Notes under the pieces: generated by a model
What the model was told of the DNA's origin: nothing
The model's input: only the letters and a program-made list of their open reading frames with translations
Databases searched by the model: none
Shown here: in pieces, positions 58,006 through 60,328 of the stretch
Numbering within the stretch: position 1 is the first letter of the stretch
Layout: each line of letters opens with the position of its first letter
Position numbers and translations under genes: made by a program
DNA from: Verrucomicrobiota bacterium
Lineage (GTDB): Bacteria > Verrucomicrobiota > Verrucomicrobiia > Opitutales > Seribacteraceae
NCBI GenBank assembly: GCA_027622665.1
Contig: JAQBYT010000022.1
Span: 1-60,328, forward strand
Reading direction: 5' to 3'
DNA: 60,328 nucleotides

Positions 58006-58172
58006 GGAAGGCTGCGGGCAAAGCTGGGCAACGAGCTCTGGTGAGCAAGAAGCTAAAGAATGATTCTTTGAGGTTTTCGCAGATGCAAGTGATCATTGAT
58101 GCCCTTCCCTTCCTGACGCGATTTGGAATAGAGGCTGAAATTCGAGTGAATGACCATTTAGATAAGCCGTGA
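58006..58172 (+). pseudogene. Orphan 3' gene fragment coupled to the downstream gene
   Basis: Open frame ...KAAGKAGQRALVSKK...EIRVNDHLDKP* begins at the element end. Its TGA overlaps the GTG at 58169. Confidence 0.45.
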
Positions 58173-59035
58173 AAAATTATTTGTTTATAGCGTTTTCCAT
58201 GATCCTAAGCTTGTTCTGCCGCGCTGAACAACAGGTTGTGCTGGACCTGAATGGAGGAGTTACGTGGCAGGAAATCTTTGAGGCAGGGTTACGCCCAAGT
58301 CACTTAAGCGACGGAATAGACATATGCCGTCAAGCCAATGTTAATCTTTCGATAAGGAGTATTTCTGGGGATATCTTACACCTAGGGAGAGGTGATATTA
58401 ATTTAAGCGTAAGAGAAGGTCATTTGCTTGTGGTACTCTCTTTCCGCGGTCGAGAAAAGCGCAGTTTGAAAGAAGCTCGCGCGAAGAGCAGATCGTTTGT
58501 AAAAATGCTGAGTGAACACGTAACCCAACAAGCCTCGCTCGACACTTTTCGAGTCAAGCACGAGGTGGATTATCGCGGGCGAAAAATCGACCCTCCGGAA
58601 ATAGAAGAACACGTCGATTTGAAGACCGCAACCAATGCAGCCAAGATCGACGACTTTTCGGTTATCTATCGCTTTAGCGACTCCTATTTCGATGACTTGC
58701 CTCTAGTGGAGCGGCTTTCCGTGACGCTCAAATCACAAGAGGCGAAACGCGCTAAGCGCCTGAATGAAAAAATCCGGCCTCCTGCGGGTTATGAGCATAT
58801 CTCCTTGGAGCCAAATCAAGTGGCGGAGAAGCCAGAGAAAAGAGTCTCCAACGGGGAATCTAGACAAGATAAAGAAGATGTTAGATCTTCTCAATCGAGA
58901 AAAAAACAAGAAGTCGAACGCGAAGAGACAGTCGAAGTGAAGTCATCCAACCTTCCATGGATCATCGCAGGAGTTCTTCTCGTGGGAATCCTCGCCCTCC
59001 TCTTCAAAACCTTCAAAGGAAAATCCACCTCCTAA
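58169..59035 (+). CDS. Secreted hypothetical protein with a conserved C-terminal TM anchor (cassette 1)
   Basis: Signal peptide MKNYLFIAF...CRA, charged linker and LPWIIAGVLLVGILALLFKTFKGKSTS. Confidence 0.85.
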   Translation: MKNYLFIAFSMILSLFCRAEQQVVLDLNGGVTWQEIFEAGLRPSHLSDGIDICRQANVNLSIRSISGDILHLGRGDINLSVREGHLLVVLSFRGREKRSLKEARAKSRSFVKMLSEHVTQQASLDTFRVKHEVDYRGRKIDPPEIEEHVDLKTATNAAKIDDFSVIYRFSDSYFDDLPLVERLSVTLKSQEAKRAKRLNEKIRPPAGYEHISLEPNQVAEKPEKRVSNGESRQDKEDVRSSQSRKKQEVEREETVEVKSSNLPWIIAGVLLVGILALLFKTFKGKSTS

Positions 59036-59084
59036 CCGCTGCCGCGAGGATCAACGTCCAAATCTAAAGGTCAGACCTTTAAAC

Positions 59085-59285
59085 AGGCAGGAAAGGGTCA
59101 CTTCGTAATGTTCAAGGTTTCCTTTGCTTACAGTATGTGGATGTTCCTTTGTTTATGGCGCGAAGTTTACGAATTGAACGAGCCGATGGAGTGTGTCATA
59201 TCATCAACCGTGGCAATTTCCGGCAGAAGGATATTGCTTATTATGAATTTATTCAAAACATTACGAAATGACCCCTTTCTGCCTT
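59085..59285 (+). mobile_element. RAYT-derived miniature element, copy 2
   Basis: Near-identical to copy 1. The right end acattacgaaatgacccctttctgcctt is the reverse complement of the copy-1 left end except for one missing C. Mini-ORF at 59155-59271. Confidence 0.85.
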
Positions 59286-59297
59286 TTTAATAAACCA

Positions 59298-60131
59298 ATG
59301 AAAATATTATTAATTTTTTACTTAATTGTTAATGGATCACTCGAGGCTAAAGAGCCATGGGAAGTCACGGTTACTCCTTTGTCTAAAGAAGAAAAGGTAA
59401 TAGATGAAACAATGAAACAATTAGTGATGTTCGGAAAGCCTACTCCTTTGTCTAAAGAAGAAAAGGTAATAGATGAAAAATTGAAACAAATAATGATGTT
59501 CGTAGTGGACTACGCATCAACTGGAAGAAAGGCCACAAAAGAAGAAATACAATTAATTGATGAACTTTATCAAAATGAGAGTTCGTCCAAAGTGGCTATC
59601 TATGCAAAGGCTTACTCTTTTGCAACTATGTCTATAGCGAAAGATATTAGTGTATGGAGTAAAGAATTACCAATCCTTCTTAAATCTACGCAGCTTGCAG
59701 GATTTGCGATTGATGCTGTCTACTATGTTTATAAGAAAGGAACACGAAAAGAGAAACTGCATTTACTCAAGGAACGAAAACTCCAAGAGCAATTGAATGA
59801 ATCTTTATTGAATGAATCTTTAGAAAAGTTTGATGCCGAAAACTTTGCAGCCAAAATTAATAAGATCTCTGAGTTGGTGAAAGAAAACAAATATCTACTG
59901 GACGAACCTGATTTGTCTAAAAATTTGCGTGGTGTTAGACGCGGGGATGAAGGAGAGGAACCTTTCGGAAATGATTTAGTGTCAAAGCCAAAAAATCAGA
60001 ATGAGCCTCTGCAAGAAGTTTTAGAAGCCGAACCATCTCCAAGCCGTCTTCCGTGGATCATTGTTGGAGTTCTTCTCGTGGGAATCCTCGTTCTTCTCCT
60101 CAAAACCTTCAAAGGCAAATCTACGTCGTAG
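59298..60131 (+). CDS. Secreted hypothetical protein with a conserved C-terminal TM anchor (cassette 2)
   Basis: Signal peptide MKILLIFYLIVNGSLEA, AT-rich body and LPWIIVGVLLVGILVLLLKTFKGKSTS. Confidence 0.85.
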   Translation: MKILLIFYLIVNGSLEAKEPWEVTVTPLSKEEKVIDETMKQLVMFGKPTPLSKEEKVIDEKLKQIMMFVVDYASTGRKATKEEIQLIDELYQNESSSKVAIYAKAYSFATMSIAKDISVWSKELPILLKSTQLAGFAIDAVYYVYKKGTRKEKLHLLKERKLQEQLNESLLNESLEKFDAENFAAKINKISELVKENKYLLDEPDLSKNLRGVRRGDEGEEPFGNDLVSKPKNQNEPLQEVLEAEPSPSRLPWIIVGVLLVGILVLLLKTFKGKSTS

Positions 60132-60260
60132 GGCTGTCGCAGGATCGATTAGCGATGAAGTCGATATGGATGCTCAATATGGATTTCAAAACCCCAAAAA
60201 GGGTCGGTCCTAGTACGCCTGCGAAGGCAGGAAAGACAAGGCAGAAAAGGGGTCATTCCG

Positions 60261-60328
60261 AAGGCAGGAAAGGGGTCATTTCGTAATGTTTAAGGTTGCC
60301 TTTGCTTTCAGTATGTGGATGTTCCTTT
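60261..60328 (+). mobile_element. RAYT-derived element, copy 3 (left end; runs off the window)
   Basis: Identical to 57803-57870; preceded by stuttered partial left ends at 60224-60259. Confidence 0.8.

Noticed and set aside
57803..60328. Classical integron with attC sites
   Set aside because: There is no tyrosine integrase in the window. The repeats are ~200 bp, encode a RAYT fragment, and lack recognisable RYYYAAC/GTTRRRY ends.

Overview
This is a bacterial chromosome segment. Gene content (DUF1080, DUF1501, sulfatase, SHD1 domains, cadherin-type surface proteins) suggests a marine Verrucomicrobiota/Opitutales-like organism; that assignment is inference. The window falls into six parts. 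(1) 1-19.7 kb is a housekeeping backbone: ActP-type symporter, a cadherin/OM-barrel/lipoprotein trio, mutS, galK, HU, ygfZ, DAHP synthase, mdh and a desaturase. (2) 19.8-27 kb is a visibly GC-richer accessory block with an M14 peptidase, sulfatase, Mo-oxidoreductase, DUF1080, DUF1501 and a chimeric YHS gene. (3) 29-43.5 kb is a 14.5 kb TPR-peptidase/DUF4159/MoxR/DUF58/BatA/DUF4175/GATase-like operon ending next to tRNA-Leu(CAA). (4) 44-49.4 kb is a non-phosphorylative L-fucose-type catabolic operon ending in lhgO. (5) 49.6-56.5 kb holds a 5'-truncated MetK paralog, a beta-propeller protein, a double thioredoxin and a TIM-barrel isomerase. (6) 56.7-60.3 kb is the most unusual part. A decayed RAYT transposase and a REP-like palindrome array are followed by a cassette-like array in which a ~200 bp RAYT-derived element with terminal inverted repeats alternates with unrelated AT-rich secreted-protein genes. 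Both of these genes end in nearly the same C-terminal membrane anchor (LPWIIxGVLLVGILxLLxKTFKGKSTS). All functional calls come from motif recognition by eye; no database searches were run.
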